64,000 nt of DNA from Octopus vulgaris (GCA_951406725.2 OX597814.1:98208001-98272000), one strand, 5' to 3'. Positions 27,816 to 43,218 are shown, counted from the first letter of the stretch. A program made the numbers and translations. The notes: generated by a model not told the origin, from the letters alone.

Positions 27816-28339
27816 ATAATAATAATAATAATAATAATACTTTTACTTATTTCATTCATTCGACTGGAAGATTTTTGTTCGAATGAATCGACCTCACTCC
27901 TTTTGTTTTTTTAATAACCTCAATACATATTTTATCTCTGACATTTACCGGACCTTTAAGTTATGGGAATGTAAACACGCAATAATGATTATGTTGATGA
28001 TGATGATGATGATGATGATGATAATGATGGTGATGGTAATTTTTTTTTAGTAGAGACTCAAGGGAACATTGAAAGCAGTGACTAATCGATTAACCGACTT
28101 CAATATTTGACTTTTATGTATATCATCGACCACGTAAGGATAAAATCAGCCTTATTTACTCAGAACGCAAAGTGACATATCTAAATATTAGCCTCCATTA
28201 CAATTTAAGCTGCAAATATTGAATTCAAACCTTTGTCAAAGACACGGGAAATAACGCAAAAGTCTTGTGGGAATTTAATATCTGAAGAAACTAGGCCAAC
28301 TAATGCATCATTTATATTACTGCCATCTATCCTTTACAC

Positions 28340-28370
<31 letters not shown>

Positions 28371-28563
28371 TACATACACACACGCACACACACTGACGCA
28401 CAGACACAGACCCATATACACACACACACGCACGCACGCACACACATACACACATATATCCAAATAAAATGAAGGTATATATATATATATATATATATAA
28501 GGAAAATAAGACAAGGTAGAAAATGCTAAAATAATTTTATCATGTTATACATTTTGTAACAGT

Positions 28564-28600
28564 TAGTACCGATTTCAGTCTTTTCGACTTTTTCAAGTAA
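28564..28600 (-). ncRNA. Hammerhead-like motif with U3:A8 variant core
   Basis: TTGAAAA AGTC-gaaaa-GACT GAAA TCGG TA. Flanks are homologous to the 44168 copy; stem I is damaged. Confidence 0.5.
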
Positions 28601-28708
28601 GAGTAAAACAAAGGTAGATATTAATTAAAAAAAAACAATTATATATATACACATTACATGTACCATGCCGTCGCATTGTTGTTTTTTATGTTTGTTCTTT
28701 TTGGGATT

Positions 28709-28773
<65 letters not shown>

Positions 28774-30257
28774 TATATATGTGTATACATATACACATAC
28801 ATATATATTTACTCATTAAATATATAAATATATGCATATATATGTGGGTGTATGCATATATATATATGTACACACACTTTTACTCATATACATATATTTA
28901 CTGTTATATTTAGTAGATTGGTTATACCTATGACATTTGTACAATTATTTATTGCAAAGTAATTTTCTTTTTGTAGGTCCTTGATTTGATGGGCAATAAT
29001 CGATAATTCATTTTCGCGTATTTGGAATTCTAGAAGAGATTCACTCGACTGGCTTTCTGCTATATTTTCACAACCCATATTAGTACGAGGTACTGCAAAA
29101 CAATGAAAACCCATTAATCATATTCAATCTTGTTCCGTAAAGCAGGGAGTTATACCTCAACACAAAACCTATTTATTACTTTATTGATTGAGTCCATTGT
29201 TTTATTAATTGTACCGGAACATATTGAGTAAAATGTTGCGAATAGAATTCTGTTGCGAAAAGAATTCTGCAGTTATGTCTTATTGGATAATGAAAATATA
29301 TTACTGTATTATGTCACATCAATTCTTCTGTTTAAGGATGAAAATCTATATTTGGCATTAAGTAATAAACAAGAAACTCCTGCCTTAAAATAGAATAACT
29401 TAAAAATACAGGGTTAAAGGCAATATTAGAGAAAAGAAACAATTAAAGGCAGTAAAAAATATTCCAGTTCATAGATAAAGAGAAGCAAGATATACTCTGG
29501 CGGGTGTCCAAGGCCAAGCTTCAATACAAACCCTGTAATACAACGCATATGTAATGCGTATGAGGCTCAAGCCGATATTAGTTTTGTGAAAGGAAGTAAT
29601 AGAATGTGCTTCACTTGGTCATGATGGCTGAGAAAGTGTACAAATAGAACAATAGCAAAGAATATTAGAGCCTCTATTACCATTTGCGCTGGAAATAATG
29701 CGCAGGAAATTTCAATACAAAAGCCTTGTGGGCTTTTTACTTTACCCAATATCCAAACAGAAAGGACCAATGAATACAAAGGATGTAGTACAATAAATGT
29801 TTTATAATTGACATAATTTTTTTACATGGAAGCACGATATTATTTTCCACAATATTCGAATTGACAATAAAAAACAAACAAACAAAAAACGAAAGGTGAA
29901 GGTGAATGAAAATAGACATAAGTTCCACACAAAAGCCTGCATTTCTTGGAACTATAGATATTGTAAAAGTAACAATTTCTCCTCTTTGATCAAAAGAAAT
30001 ATTGTTTTTCATTACTCAGTTGTATATATAAACATAGCGGCATGCACAGTCTTGTGGGAAATTTACATAAAAGTAGACTGCTCCAAGAAATAGGCTATCA
30101 TGAAGCAGTTTACAATAATATAATTAGAAAGAAAAAGAGAAAGCGAGTACTTTTAACTGTGTAACATTTATACCTTTTTTATCTTTCTGGTTGATTAAGA
30201 ATTTTGATGCTTTCAATGGCAATATCTTTATATCTCGGTGGAAATAAATAAATGAAT

Positions 30258-30357
<100 letters not shown>

Positions 30358-33278
30358 TTATATTTGTTTTTTAGCATACGCGATCTGTTTGAAGTTAATG
30401 TTGACATGAACCAATAATTTTTTTGTTACACAACAGTGATAGTAAAACAAAAAACTTTTATCGACGTGAAGAAATATTTTCAATGTTATGTAATCATTTA
30501 GTAAAAAGTAAAATGGCTATAACTTTGATATTTATGCGTGGTTATTTATAATAAAGCAATTTTTTCAACAACTTGGTTTGGCGAAAGTACTAAAAATAAT
30601 TAATCCTTGTATATTTGGAATTCAGGAAGAGATACGCTAGTTTGGTTTTTCGTTTTCTCAACTTAATATTAGTGTGGCATACAGTAAAACAATGAAGACC
30701 CAGTAATCGCATACATTTTCTGTCCTTAAAGCAGTCAATTATTCGTCAACAGACAATCTATAAAACGGAACATTTGAAAGTTATGCTTTGGTTACATAAT
30801 TCATTGATAAATATAGGAATAAATCTTAAATTCGAAACATTCTTTTATTGTGAAGAAAATGGTACTGTAAGAATGCAAGCTTCCACAGTCTTCACTAATC
30901 AGACGTAAAATTTGTGAAGTCTATACTTTTATTGAAATATGTACAAAATATTTACGCTTTAGCCTTATAGGACACTTCCTGTCGATTTAATCCCACTTAG
31001 CTGTAACACGGATATTCAAAGCTATAGCGTATATTCATGATATTGATAAAAATCTGAAAGATAAATTTTGGTCTGAAAATGCATAACGTGAGTGATAAAA
31101 AAATATTTATTTTTATCGTAAACAACAAAACAGGAAATTGTTAGATCTGGTTCCACTCGAAATCTTCCTTGATCAGATTTTTTTGATGACGTTGGTAACA
31201 TTCTAGCGAATGATGATCGTATTCTTGAGTTGTTTTTCTTTTTGTATCCGATATAGTGATCCGATATAGTGAATTGAACGATGTGATAAGAATAGTTCAC
31301 AAATTGTAGATGTGAAGTGTATAAAAGAAGATGCATTAGAAAAGGGTGAATGTAAAACTAAGAAAATTGCAGATGGTGCAAAGTTAATCTAGCTGGAACA
31401 CCATTAGGAGACGATTTTGTGCACAATGCAGTGCTGTATTATACAAGTGCTGTACAATCAAGAGGTGCAAAAGTCTGCAAAACTAGGATTATGCAAAAAA
31501 CCCAAAAAGCAACAACAAACAAACAAAGAACTCCGAACAATACGCATAAGGATTCAGTATTGGGGTCAAATGTTTGACCAGAGTATAATTGTAAAAATAC
31601 TAGGAAAGAAGATCAGATAACATATATATGTACGTGACCCAAGTGAGGATGGCCACCTGTGTGACTGAGTGAGTGACTCGTACATAGTCATGTGCATGTA
31701 CACCCATGAGTCGGTGTAGTGTCTACCAGTGGGTCGATAATTGCATATTCATTGTGTATTTGTGCATTTGACTATGTGCAATTAAACTGAATACTAATGA
31801 GTCGGTATTTTAAACCAATTCAGCTATTTCCGAGCTTAAGAACAAGCGACTGAAGTAGGCTGGCATCTATCCGATACAATTTTATGAATACAACTAGCAA
31901 TGAACGTGTTTGCTAAGTGTCTATGCTCATGTTGTGCACATGCTAGATGCTTGTGAGTGTTATTGCATCGGGTATAGTGATCCGGGTTTCTATTGCTAAA
32001 TATTGTTGCTAAAGATTGTTGCTCAGTGAAGCAAATATATTCACAAAGTTTGAGGAAGAAGAAGGAAAGTGGGTGTTAGGAAATTTTTTTTTATTAATGA
32101 AGCCTTTCTTAACATGCCTTATTTACTACGATCCAAATCGAAAGTTTAGCATTGCATTCATCTAAGAACTGCACTATTGTGTTTCACGACTTAGATTGTT
32201 TAGGAAATGTACTGACCAATCCTTCATTGTTTGAACTGCATTCCTGCAGTGTACTTTTAACACTTATATGTGTCCGCTAGTTATTAATCTACAATTCAAA
32301 TTAAACATTAGTTATATTAACCTAATTCCATTCCTTCTGAGACCAAAAGATAAAAACAATGTTACACAATCACAAACACTGGCATATAACCAAAAGAAAA
32401 AAAGTAAAACATTAAACATTTAAAAAAAGGAAGAAAAAAACGAATAAGTCCTATTTTCGTATTCCATGTGGAATGCTTCCATAATTAGTACTTGTTTTTA
32501 ACCATATTTACAATGTTCTCTGGGGTTGTTGAGAATTCTAAATTCCTTCTTCATACAGAACGAACTATTACTATGATCTTCTCACATTATAAGCAAAAAG
32601 ATAACCAATAACTACAAATGGGCTCACTGTGGCTTTGTTCAATGAGAGCTTTGAAAAAAACATATGTTTACAAGAAAAATAGTTTAATACACTAGTGGAT
32701 ACTGGTCGTATAAAAAATGACAATATTAGATGTTAGGTATTACAGAAAGTTTAGATTAAACAGCAGGGAGTTTAACAGTAAACCATTGAAAGATTGTATA
32801 TATTCACGATAATATGGCACTTTGAGTTGACATCTGTGAAGATAAAATTCTTTTTTTCCAATGTTTTTAGAGCTTTGAAAGCTGAGAGAAGAGAAAGAAG
32901 AAAAAGTAAGGAAATGAGAAGAGAAAAGTTATGTCAAACTTTTCGAATATTCCGTGATAGAAACAATTTTAAGATACTTAAAGAGACGGACATTAAAGTG
33001 TAACAGGAAAGTAAAACAGCTTATATATAAATTTTCTTGGGAAGATCAAAAGAAACAAGATATAACACTTAAACGTTTTAATAAATTGAAATTGTTGCTG
33101 AAGGTAAAATCGTCAAGTTGGTTAATAGTTTAATATGTTCGACTGATATTAATTTTGGTAATAATTATTAAAGGTAGTATTAAATGTATCGATTGATATT
33201 CACTATATATATCCTGTTGATTGCTATTAATCAAATCTGTGAAAGCAGAGGATTGGCGGAAAACATTGAAAAGTGTTT

Positions 33279-33438
33279 CGTAGGAGTGGCTGTGTGGTAA
33301 GTAGCTTGCTTACCAACGACATGGTCCCGGGTTCAGTCCCACTGCGTGGCACCTTGGGCAAGTGTCTTCTACTATAGCCTCGAGCCGACCAAAGCCTTGT
33401 GAGTGGATTTGGTAGACGGAAACTGGAAGAAGCCCGTC

Positions 33439-33496
<58 letters not shown>

Positions 33497-33706
33497 TTGT
33501 GTCTGTGTGTCTGTTTGTCACCCAGCATCGCTTGAAAACCGATGCTAGTGTGTTTACGTCCCCGTAACTTAGCGGTTCGGCAAAACAGACCGATAGAATA
33601 AGTACTAGGCTTACAAAGAATGAGCTCTGGGATCGATTTACTCGACTATAAAGGCGGTGCTCCAGCATGGCCGCAGTCAAATGACTGAAACAAGTAAAAG
33701 AGTAAA
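33279..33706 (+). mobile_element. SINE family A
   Basis: Full head, internal microsatellite and tail. Confidence 0.9.
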
Positions 33707-33946
33707 GGAATTTAATTACATTTTAGATTATATGTTCAAATACTACCGAAGTAAACTTTTTCCTTTCATCCTTCCGGGACAATAAAACAAAGTAATTGCT
33801 AATTAATGAGTCAATATAATCAACTACTTCTGTCCTGATCTCAAATGCCAAAGCCTAGAATCTATGGTAGAAATTAAAAGTAATATTAATCAGAGCCCTG
33901 TGCGCGGTGAATTGGCTTAATTAGTAGAGCAGCGACCAAAAAGCAT

Positions 33947-34766
33947 GGATCTTTTCGGTTTAAACGGCAGTTTTTAACATATTTTCTAGGTAACTAAAAA
34001 ATTTAAAAATTCGTATACTGGTAGAATGTGTTTATAAAACATCATTTTCTCTCGGCTTTATTGAGAAAATTCTATAGTGTGTAACATGTTTCGTCTTTAA
34101 TTTCTTGCATTTCGGCAATTTTAACCAATCAAATACGTCCATTGAGGTAAACAACATTCTGTGCCGTATGAATATGTCCCTCGTTTAAGAAACAGATTGG
34201 GTTTATTTACATTTGTGAAGAAACAAAGATACCCTACCCCCACCCCTAACCCTAACCCTAACTAACCCTAAATCTAAAACAGATTGAAATGGAATAGATC
34301 GATTCTAGAGTCATAATTATGGGTGACAATTTCATATGACACTGCTAGAAAAAACTGCCATTTTCTCTAGCGGTCTCATATGAAATTGTAACCCATAATT
34401 ATGACCCTAGAATCGATCTATTCCATTTCAATCTGTTTTAGATTTAGGGTTAGTTAGGGTTAGGGTTAGGTTTAGGGGGGGTATCTTTTTTTCTTCACAA
34501 ATGTAAATAAACCCAATGTATTTCTTAAACGAGGGACATATTCATACAGCACAGAATGTTGTTTACCTCAATGGACGTATTTGGTTGGTTAAAATTGCCG
34601 AAATGCAAGAAATTAAAGACGAAATATGTTACAAACTACAGAATTTTCTCAAGAAAGCCAAGAGAAAATGATGTTTTATAAGCACATTCTACCTGTATAC
34701 GAAGTTTAAAATTTTTTAGTTACCTAGAAATTATGTTAAAAACTGCCGTTCAAACCGAAAAGATCC
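33947..34766. mobile_element. 820-bp foldback (palindromic) DNA element with 8-bp TSD and internal telomere-like repeats
   Basis: ~405-bp inverted arms GGATCTTTTCGG..CCGAAAAGATCC. AAAAGCAT duplicated at 33939-33946 and 34767-34774. (CCCTAA)n and (TTAGGG)n in the arms. Confidence 0.88.
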
Positions 34767-36042
34767 AAAAGCATTCTCTTTTCAGTTCAAATCTTATCGA
34801 AGCCAATTTTAACTTTATCATTTCAACGTCTATAAAAATGGCCGAGGAAAAGCTGTAAAATGACATTGCGGTAATTAGTTAATTAAGTATTTAGTACAAA
34901 GTCATCTGAAGTTGACTATGACCTTCATTCTTTCGGAGTCAGTAATATATCAGTAATATATTTAGTTTGAATTATCCTGAGCTAATCTATTATAAAAAGA
35001 AATAGAAAATTGATGTCAATAAGAGCTACATGACTGAACATCAGTTATGTGTAACAAACCACCTTTTCTGTATCGCCAGTCAAGCACATAACTCCGCCTT
35101 TTCTGTATGTTGAAAGAAGAGAGCCCGATACGTTAGAGTTTCAACCCCCTGCAGCAATTGAATATATCCTACATTCAGCGGACTTTCAATTTGATTTATT
35201 TTTGCTGAGATAGGTACTCATCATATGGCAGTTCAGATCAAAAATAATTTGCTATTTCATAATCATGTTAACCCATACTGCTTTCTTCGTGGTCCAGCTA
35301 TCGACAACTAGCCCGGTAATATCACTCAAAGGCTTTACCCACGTGCGTGCATGTATGTGTGTGTATGTGTGTGTTTGTGTGTTTGTGTGTGTGTTTATGT
35401 GTGTATGTGTGTGTGTGTGTTTGTGAGTTTGTGTGTTCGTGTTTGTGTGTGTATGTACTAAATACTTAATTAACTAACGACCATCCTACAAATGGAGCGG
35501 TGTTCTATTAAGGTTAATTTTGCTGACTCTCTCGACGATCCACTGTACCTAGTAATCTCTTTAACACGTATGTTGTCTTTCTCCTGACTCAGGAAGATCT
35601 AGGCGAGGGGAAGTCCTTGATACATACGAGAAACCAACCAAAGTGACTTCAATCAGTTTGGTTACGATTATATTCATATTATTACGATAACTGACTGTTG
35701 ATGAATCACGTTGTTCTAGTTGCATTGTCGAAAATGGCTGGCATGTGATATTCAATATAATTCATTTTCAATTTTATTAAGTTTATAAGGCAGCGAACCG
35801 ACTGAATTACTAGAGAATCGGAAAACTGCTTGCCGTATTTGTCCCAACTCATTACTTTCTGATTTCATATCCTGCCGAAATCAATTCTCCCTTTCATCCT
35901 TTCGGGATCGATAAAATAAAGGGCCAGTCAAGTACTGAAGTCCATATTATTGATTTATCTCATCTCTTCAAAATTGCTGACCTTGCTCCTAAAACGGAAA
36001 CAATTTTACTAAGACGAATATTTAATAAAATAAAAATTATTA

Positions 36043-36528
36043 AGGAGGTGCTAAAAATTTCCTGACTTTAAGGGTACCGCAAAAGGCCCAGTTGGAGGCC
36101 TAACCTTCCCAGTTCTTTTGCAAGGCTTAGAAAAACTGAAGGGCTGTTTCAATAAGTGTATGAATTTGAGGGGAGAATATGTTGAACAAAATAACTATTA
36201 ACTGATCTTCCTGTATTTTCTTTTACCCAAAGTCAGGAACTTTTCATTCCTCGTATGTATGTGTGCATATATGTATGTATGTATGCATGTATGTATGTAT
36301 GTATGTACATATATACATGACAGGGTGTTGAAAAGTTCCTAGCTTTAAGAGTATTGCGAAAGGCCTGGCTGGAGGCGCAAACTTCCCAGTTCTTTGACAG
36401 GGCTTAGAAAAACTGAAGGATCACTGCAATAAGTGTGTGAATTTGAGAGGGAATATGATGAATAAAATCATAATTAACTAATCGGTCTGTATTTTTTTTA
36501 CTCAAAGAACTTTTCAGCATCCCACGTT
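36043..36528 (+). mobile_element. Two adjacent mariner-derived MITEs
   Basis: Same family as 1028-1242; the two copies are separated by (TATG)n. Confidence 0.75.
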
Positions 36529-37291
36529 ATGCTTCTATTTTTATTTTGCTGCCAATTCTTTTGAATGATTCACATTCTAGCACCATTAAAGGAGAGTTCA
36601 TAATATAAACGTTATATAGCTGGGCAAAATTATGGTATTAGCTTACATCTCTTTACTTTATACAAACACAGATAATTGTTACTAGCACACCCAGAGTTAA
36701 TTATCAGACCTCTGGAGCTCTGAGGTTCAAAAAGGTAAATAATGTCATGATAATTTATGTCAAAATTGTTGTAATCATTTTTCTATTAGTCAATGATGTT
36801 CTAACTTTTCCTTTTATATTTAGTCGTAACACGTTTGCCTTGATCAAGCAGACTTACGATAGAAGACGTTCCAGATGCGAACATCATTCATTTCCCCATA
36901 CATTTTACTGTATCCAAGATTATATCATTTGACGTATCTGTTGTTGCTTAGCTCCAGATTTATCTCAAAAACTGTAACTATCACGTTTTTATATTCATTA
37001 TCTTTAAGACTGTAGGCGTGTTAGAGGAATATTCGGCTGCTGTTTTCGCAGGTACAGCGGCCATGCGGAAGATCTCCCTTGTTTATGAAGATGAGAGGGA
37101 ATCTTGCTTTTAAAAAACAAAGTCACGTTTTTCTGCAATATATCTTTTACCTTTACTTTATACTTGTCTCAGTTATATTAGACTACGGCCATACAGGGAC
37201 ACTGCCTTGAAGAATTTTTAGCTGAACGAATCGACCCCAGTATATTTTTTTAAAGCTTGGTACTTATTCTATCGATCGCTTATAAAATAAT

Positions 37292-37687
37292 TTACTCTTT
37301 TACTCTTTTACTTGTTTCAGTCATTTGACTGTGGCCATGCTGGAGCACCGCATTTAATCGAGCAACTCGACCCTGGGACTTATTCTTTTGTAAGCCCAGT
37401 ACTTATTCTATCGGTCTCTTTTGCCAAACCGCTAAGTAACGGATACATAAACATACCAGCATCGGTTGTCAAGCAATGCTAGAGGGACAAACACACACAC
37501 GCATATATATATATACATATATACGACGGGCTTCTTTCAGTTTCCGTCTACCAAATCCACTCACAAGGCTTTGGTCGGCCCGAGGCTATAGTAGAATACA
37601 CTTGCCGAAGGTGCCACGCAGTGGGACTGAACCCGGAACCATGTGGTTGGTAAACAAGCTACTTACCACACAGCCACTCCTGCGCCT
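37292..37687 (-). mobile_element. SINE family A
   Basis: Near-identical to 52010-52422. Confidence 0.9.
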
Positions 37688-38445
37688 TTAATATTCTTTA
37701 TAATATATCATGCTTGCATAACCAAATACCACGTGCCTACAAGTTATTAATATTTACATACCAGCTTCAGAAATGCGTTTAGCATGTAAATTGGTATATC
37801 TAATAACTTAACGCTGCTGTATGTGGTGGTTATATAAGCAATGTGTTCGGAGTCGAGCGTGGGTTAGATGGGTGCTGATGGAGGGACTAAAAAACCCTGA
37901 AATATGGCATATACACTCATTATCCGTTTCTATCTTCGATCTCATTGTTTGTTTACATTTGACATACATGCTGGAATTATCTTCTTTAGTTGTTGTTTCT
38001 TTTATAGATTTTAATCACTGCTAGGGGTCAGATTTTGCTTACTTATTGCACGAATGATCTTGGCTAACAAACATTTTCCAAATAACTATATATCATATAT
38101 GTGAGTCTCTACTTATTTCTATTTAGTATGCAGAAGGTGCCCGTAAGATATTTATCTCCCAGCCCCACATTGTTGATAACAATAACATATATAGATAATT
38201 GAAATCTTTTGTTCATGATTTTTTTGTTACATAATTTGACAGTGCTTAATTATTTTAGGAAGGTAGGTGTGATTTGAGGTTATTGTGCTTTTTTTTTTAT
38301 TCAATCACAAAGCAGCACTGAAGTTCAAATATCTTAGTGCTTACGGCATATTAAATACTAATTGACATACGTCGGCCTTAATCTTAAAACAGTCAATTTA
38401 ATCACCTGAGTATTTGTGTGTATTCTCTCTCTCTCACACATACAG

Positions 38446-38509
<64 letters not shown>

Positions 38510-38859
38510 TTATTTAAGTATACCCATGCAACAATATGTGTATGTGTATATATGTTATAATTTAGAACAAACAATAAAAGGTTGTCATTATAGTACTCGG
38601 AGTTTCGAATGTCGGAGCGAAGAGCTGCGATGCATTCTCACCGACCTTTAATGGCAACAGACGCTATGAAAAACCGTTGAATAAAAAGGCAGAAAAATAA
38701 AAAATAAAATAGAAAAAATACACACAACCATATTCTCACAATACATAGACATAAACCTCCCGCGTTCACAACGTCTACATACGTACACAACCACACAAAC
38801 ATGTATATATACATGCACATACACTCACACAAACATATATATATATATATTAAAAGATA

Positions 38860-39730
38860 AAAATTTAATGGAAGTTAAGACATATGCAAAGCTTGTGCAG
38901 GAACATAGTAAAAATTTGGATTCTAGCCGTGATCTTGGGGAGCGATCTTTCCATATTACAAAGACAGCACTTAACATTACCGTTGGTATAAGGTTTACAC
39001 TTGGCTAAGATCTTCCGTAAATCCTGTAGTTGACACCTTGTTCTTTGAAGAACCATATATAACTGGATAATTCGGTAGTTTTCATTAATTCCAGTGTCTG
39101 AAGCTTAAGGTGTGATTGTTGAACCTTGCTTTGAAATTTGTGAGACCCACATATCTCCTGGATGAAACTGTATTATTAGCGTCCGTAGAATTTACGGTGG
39201 CTTCATAAATAATGGCCTCGGTCATACAGGCTACATTTAACGGGCACACGTCTATATCCCTGCAGAAACAGCCGGCTCCGTGTTGTTGTGCTGCATTGTG
39301 TGTAATTATGTCTTTAAAGTTTGGGGTTGAACTAAAACTAATTTTTAGGTTATGTCTATTGAAGAGTTTTCTATATTTATGATGTATTGAAAATGTTTAT
39401 CTATAAGTGACAAGAAATATTTACCTACATTAAAGGTCACGTCAGGAGAGTAAGGGTGTGTGAACCAGATAATTTTCCTGTATCCATGTTTTTCTATATT
39501 TCTGGCCTAATAGTGGGTGTGTAAGCTATTACCTCTTTATATCCACTAGCTTTAAGGGCATTGTTATATAGTTGGGCAGCATGATCAAATATGTTTATTT
39601 TGGAGGAGAGGCTAGAAATACTCCTATTAATATTCTTAGCTATATTCTAAAACACTATGACGGGCGGGGGCAGGAACCTACATTAATATAATTAAGTCTG
39701 TCCTTTGGGTTTCTATAGGGTTTGTAAATA
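38860..39730 (-). pseudogene. Decayed Penelope-like element, linker plus GIY-YIG region
   Basis: Minus-strand remnants KIIWF.P, KLFNRHNLKISFS..PN, CPLN.ACMTEAIIYEATV, RYVGLT, TTELS.YIW and C.LCN.E. Confidence 0.8.
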
Positions 39731-40224
39731 TGCTTTTGTAAATCTATGTGAGTGTGTATGTATATATACGAGCAAAACGCCCCCCGTTCAATGGACGGTG
39801 CTGAGTTGTCAAACTTTAAAACTAAATTTTCTCAAAACAACTTGTTCGACCTCACTGATATGCTTTTATGGACCAGATAGTACTCCACCGAGCAAGGGCA
39901 AAAATGTCTTGGACATTTGCTTGAGAAATAACGTGGCGCTCACCCATACTTTTAAGATGATACCAACGATTCTCTCGGATCATTACTTAATAGAAGAAAC
40001 AATGTTTAAACGTGTGTGTTCAAAGTGCTGTTACAACCATCTGCTTCAATTAGAAATAAGAAAAGTCAGCAGGCCAGCTTTAAAGGTAGTAAAGAGATCC
40101 AAAAACCCCAGTACTCTAGGATAGTTATAACTGTCTCTCCTATAAAAAGTTTCCAAACCTCTAGAATGTATCCTATACAAACATACATGCATATATATAT
40201 GCATACATACATACTTGCATACAT

Positions 40225-40272
<48 letters not shown>

Positions 40273-40469
40273 CACTGTGCAGATAGGACACTTGCTTCCC
40301 GACTACATCCTTCCAGGTTCAGTCCCACTGCGTGGCACCTTGGACAAGTGACTTCTATTATAGCTCGGGCCGACCAAAGCCATATGAGTAGATATGGCAG
40401 AGGGAAACCGAAAGAAGCCCGTCGTATATATATATATATATATATAATTAGGGATCAGCTATTATATAT

Positions 40470-42546
40470 TTCTGTTAAACCTGCATGTGGCCTACATAAG
40501 CTCATTCAGCGCACGAGGAACGGAGAGGTGGTATGCCTTCCCACAGATAAGTCCGGCAGGATGTCAATAGACAGCTTACCGAACTACATCCAGGCAATGC
40601 AACCTCATATCGCCAATACAAAGATAACAACTGTACAGGCACATGAGGAGAGAGAAAAGGTCCTCAACGCCCACATGATGATGTGGACAATTGTTCTGGG
40701 ACCCCAGAAACATACAGGAAATAATTTCCAAGCCTGGAACAATGATATCCCGGCACTGTATGGACTTCGCAAGGACCATAAAATAATTACTGACCCTATA
40801 GCAGGACCACCAACAAGACCAGTCTGTGGAGCGAATATCGCTAGCAATTACAGAATCTCCTACTTCTTCTCAATGATCATACGCCCTATAATCCGGATGT
40901 CACCTGATATTTGTGACTGCACAGAAGATCTCCTCAGCAGGATCGATGACTGTAACAGCACTTGTGACCTGACAGGATGTATGATGGGTAGCATGGATGT
41001 GGTATCCCTATACCCATCGATCGACGTAGATTTTGCGGTGGAGAAGTGCGTGGAGATGATCAATGAGAGCCAGGTGGAGTTCTGTAATGTCAACACAGAA
41101 GAACTGGGCCTCCTACTTAGACTGACATGTAATACTGAATACTTAGATAAACATAATCTTAGTAGTTTCTGCCCCAGTAGATGTTTAAGAGGTAGACCGC
41201 CCACAATTACTTCTATGGCTAGGAAGACACATATAGAAAGATGGCGCGGATGGACCAGAGCCATACGGAGCCCCGCAAATGTCCATCAGATAAAGAAAAT
41301 GATCGCACATGCACTAGGAGCTAGTATAAGAATTACCCTAAAAGGCCACACGTTTAAGTTTAATAATAAAATATATGCCCAGGACGAGGGGGCAGCCATC
41401 GGCGTTAGTATCGCTGGTGATATGGCCAACCTTTTCATGGTATGGTGGGACAGAAGGCTTAAAGAACGCCTAACACAGAACTCCATACTCGTAAACATGT
41501 ACTCTCGCTATGTTGATGATATCAACATAATGGTAAAGGCACCCCCACAAGAGAGTAATGTTGATATAGTAATAGAAACTAATACTATGGAGAGCATCCA
41601 GCAAATAGCTAACTCCATCCACCAGAGTATTAAGGTCACAATAGACTACTCCACTAAACACCCCAACCATAGAAACTGGCTAGAAACTGTGAATAATAAA
41701 ACCCAAATCCTTCATTCATACTATGCCAAACCTATGGCCTCAAAATACTTGATCCACCGGAACTCAGCCATTGCGGACAATGCCAAATTCAATATTTTGA
41801 TGGCAGACCTCGTCAGAATAATGAGAAATGTGTCATGCATGTGCGAGCCCACAGAGTTAAAGAGACACATACAATATTTCATTCACCGCATGCAGTTCTC
41901 AGGTTACAGCCATAAAGAAAGGATCAGAGTATACAAAGGAGCCATTAAGAAATTTGATAATATATTATGTAATGATAGGAATGGTATTTGCCCACTCTAT
42001 AGGAACAAGTCATGGAACACTATAGAAAGGACAAAAAAGAAAATATCGTATCGCTTTAGAAGGTCCCTAGACAAACTTAAGCTAAGAATTAAGGTTGTTG
42101 AAAAGCCAGGCAACCCTATCAAATCTATAATTGGTAGAACCTATCCTTTTAGTAGAACCCCCTGTACAGATAGGTACTGTACTGTATGTAGATTTAGCCC
42201 ACAAACAAACTGTAAAGCCAGAAATGTAGTCTATAGTATAAGATGTATAGAGGGACGATGCAGTAACAAGACAACGACATACGTAGGGGAAACGGCAAGA
42301 AGCATAGGAGAGCGGGTAAATGAGCATTGGAGACAACTCAAGGAAGGTAAAAGCTCATCGATTCTGTACCAACACGCCGAACAAGAACACGGGGGATCAA
42401 TCAATAACATAGAAATTAAAATATTATCCACACATAGATCAGATGCAACAATTAGACAAATTACAGAAGCTACACACATAATAGAAAATAAACCTAGCCT
42501 GAATAGAAGACTAGAATGGAGCACTAACACACACCACAACATATGA
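40470..42546 (+). CDS. Penelope-like element RT plus GIY-YIG endonuclease, 5'-truncated open frame
   Basis: PTDKSG, LYGLRKDHK, PTRPVCG, SMDVVSLYPSI, GAAIG, YSRYVDD and VVYSIRC..YVGETARS..ERVNEH. The ORF-track N-terminus (40348-40450) is SINE and microsatellite read-through. Confidence 0.92.
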
Positions 42547-42624
42547 CGATAGAGGATCCTGAAAACATAATAAATACACAGATAAATAAATAAATAACTA
42601 TATATATATATATGTGTGTATATG

Positions 42625-42681
<57 letters not shown>

Positions 42682-43218
42682 TTCGATTCAATTTATTATT
42701 ATTATTACTAGTATTGTTGTTATACATACATACATACATACATAATACAAGCATATGTAATGATAATAATGGGTGGATGTAAACACATGAACAAAATAAG
42801 AATAAACAAAAACAACAAAAACAAAAACAACAAACAACAAAAAACAAACAACAAAATACAAATTACATGAACATATAAAATTACAAATTACATGAACATA
42901 TATAAACAGAATATACAAATATTACAGGCATCCCCCATATACACACACTAAATAAACATAAACGCACATAGAGATATAAGCATGCGCAAATGAAGACATA
43001 CAATAGAAATACAAAATGGCTGACGGTTAGTAAGGAGAGACACAAATAAGTGAGAAGAAAACAAAGGACCACTGATGCGGTCACAGGAGTGTGGCGAAAG
43101 AACTCTGGCCGAAATAAGATTAATGTAAAAAATAAATAACACTGAAGCAAAGTAACACCAAATATATAGTGCGTGTGTTTTTATTGGCTAAACTGGCAAA
43201 ATGACCATTCCGAAATAT

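Noticed and set aside
34244-34476. Head-to-head CCCTAA/TTAGGG as a chromosome fusion scar
   Set aside because: Only a few units, embedded in a TSD-flanked foldback element.
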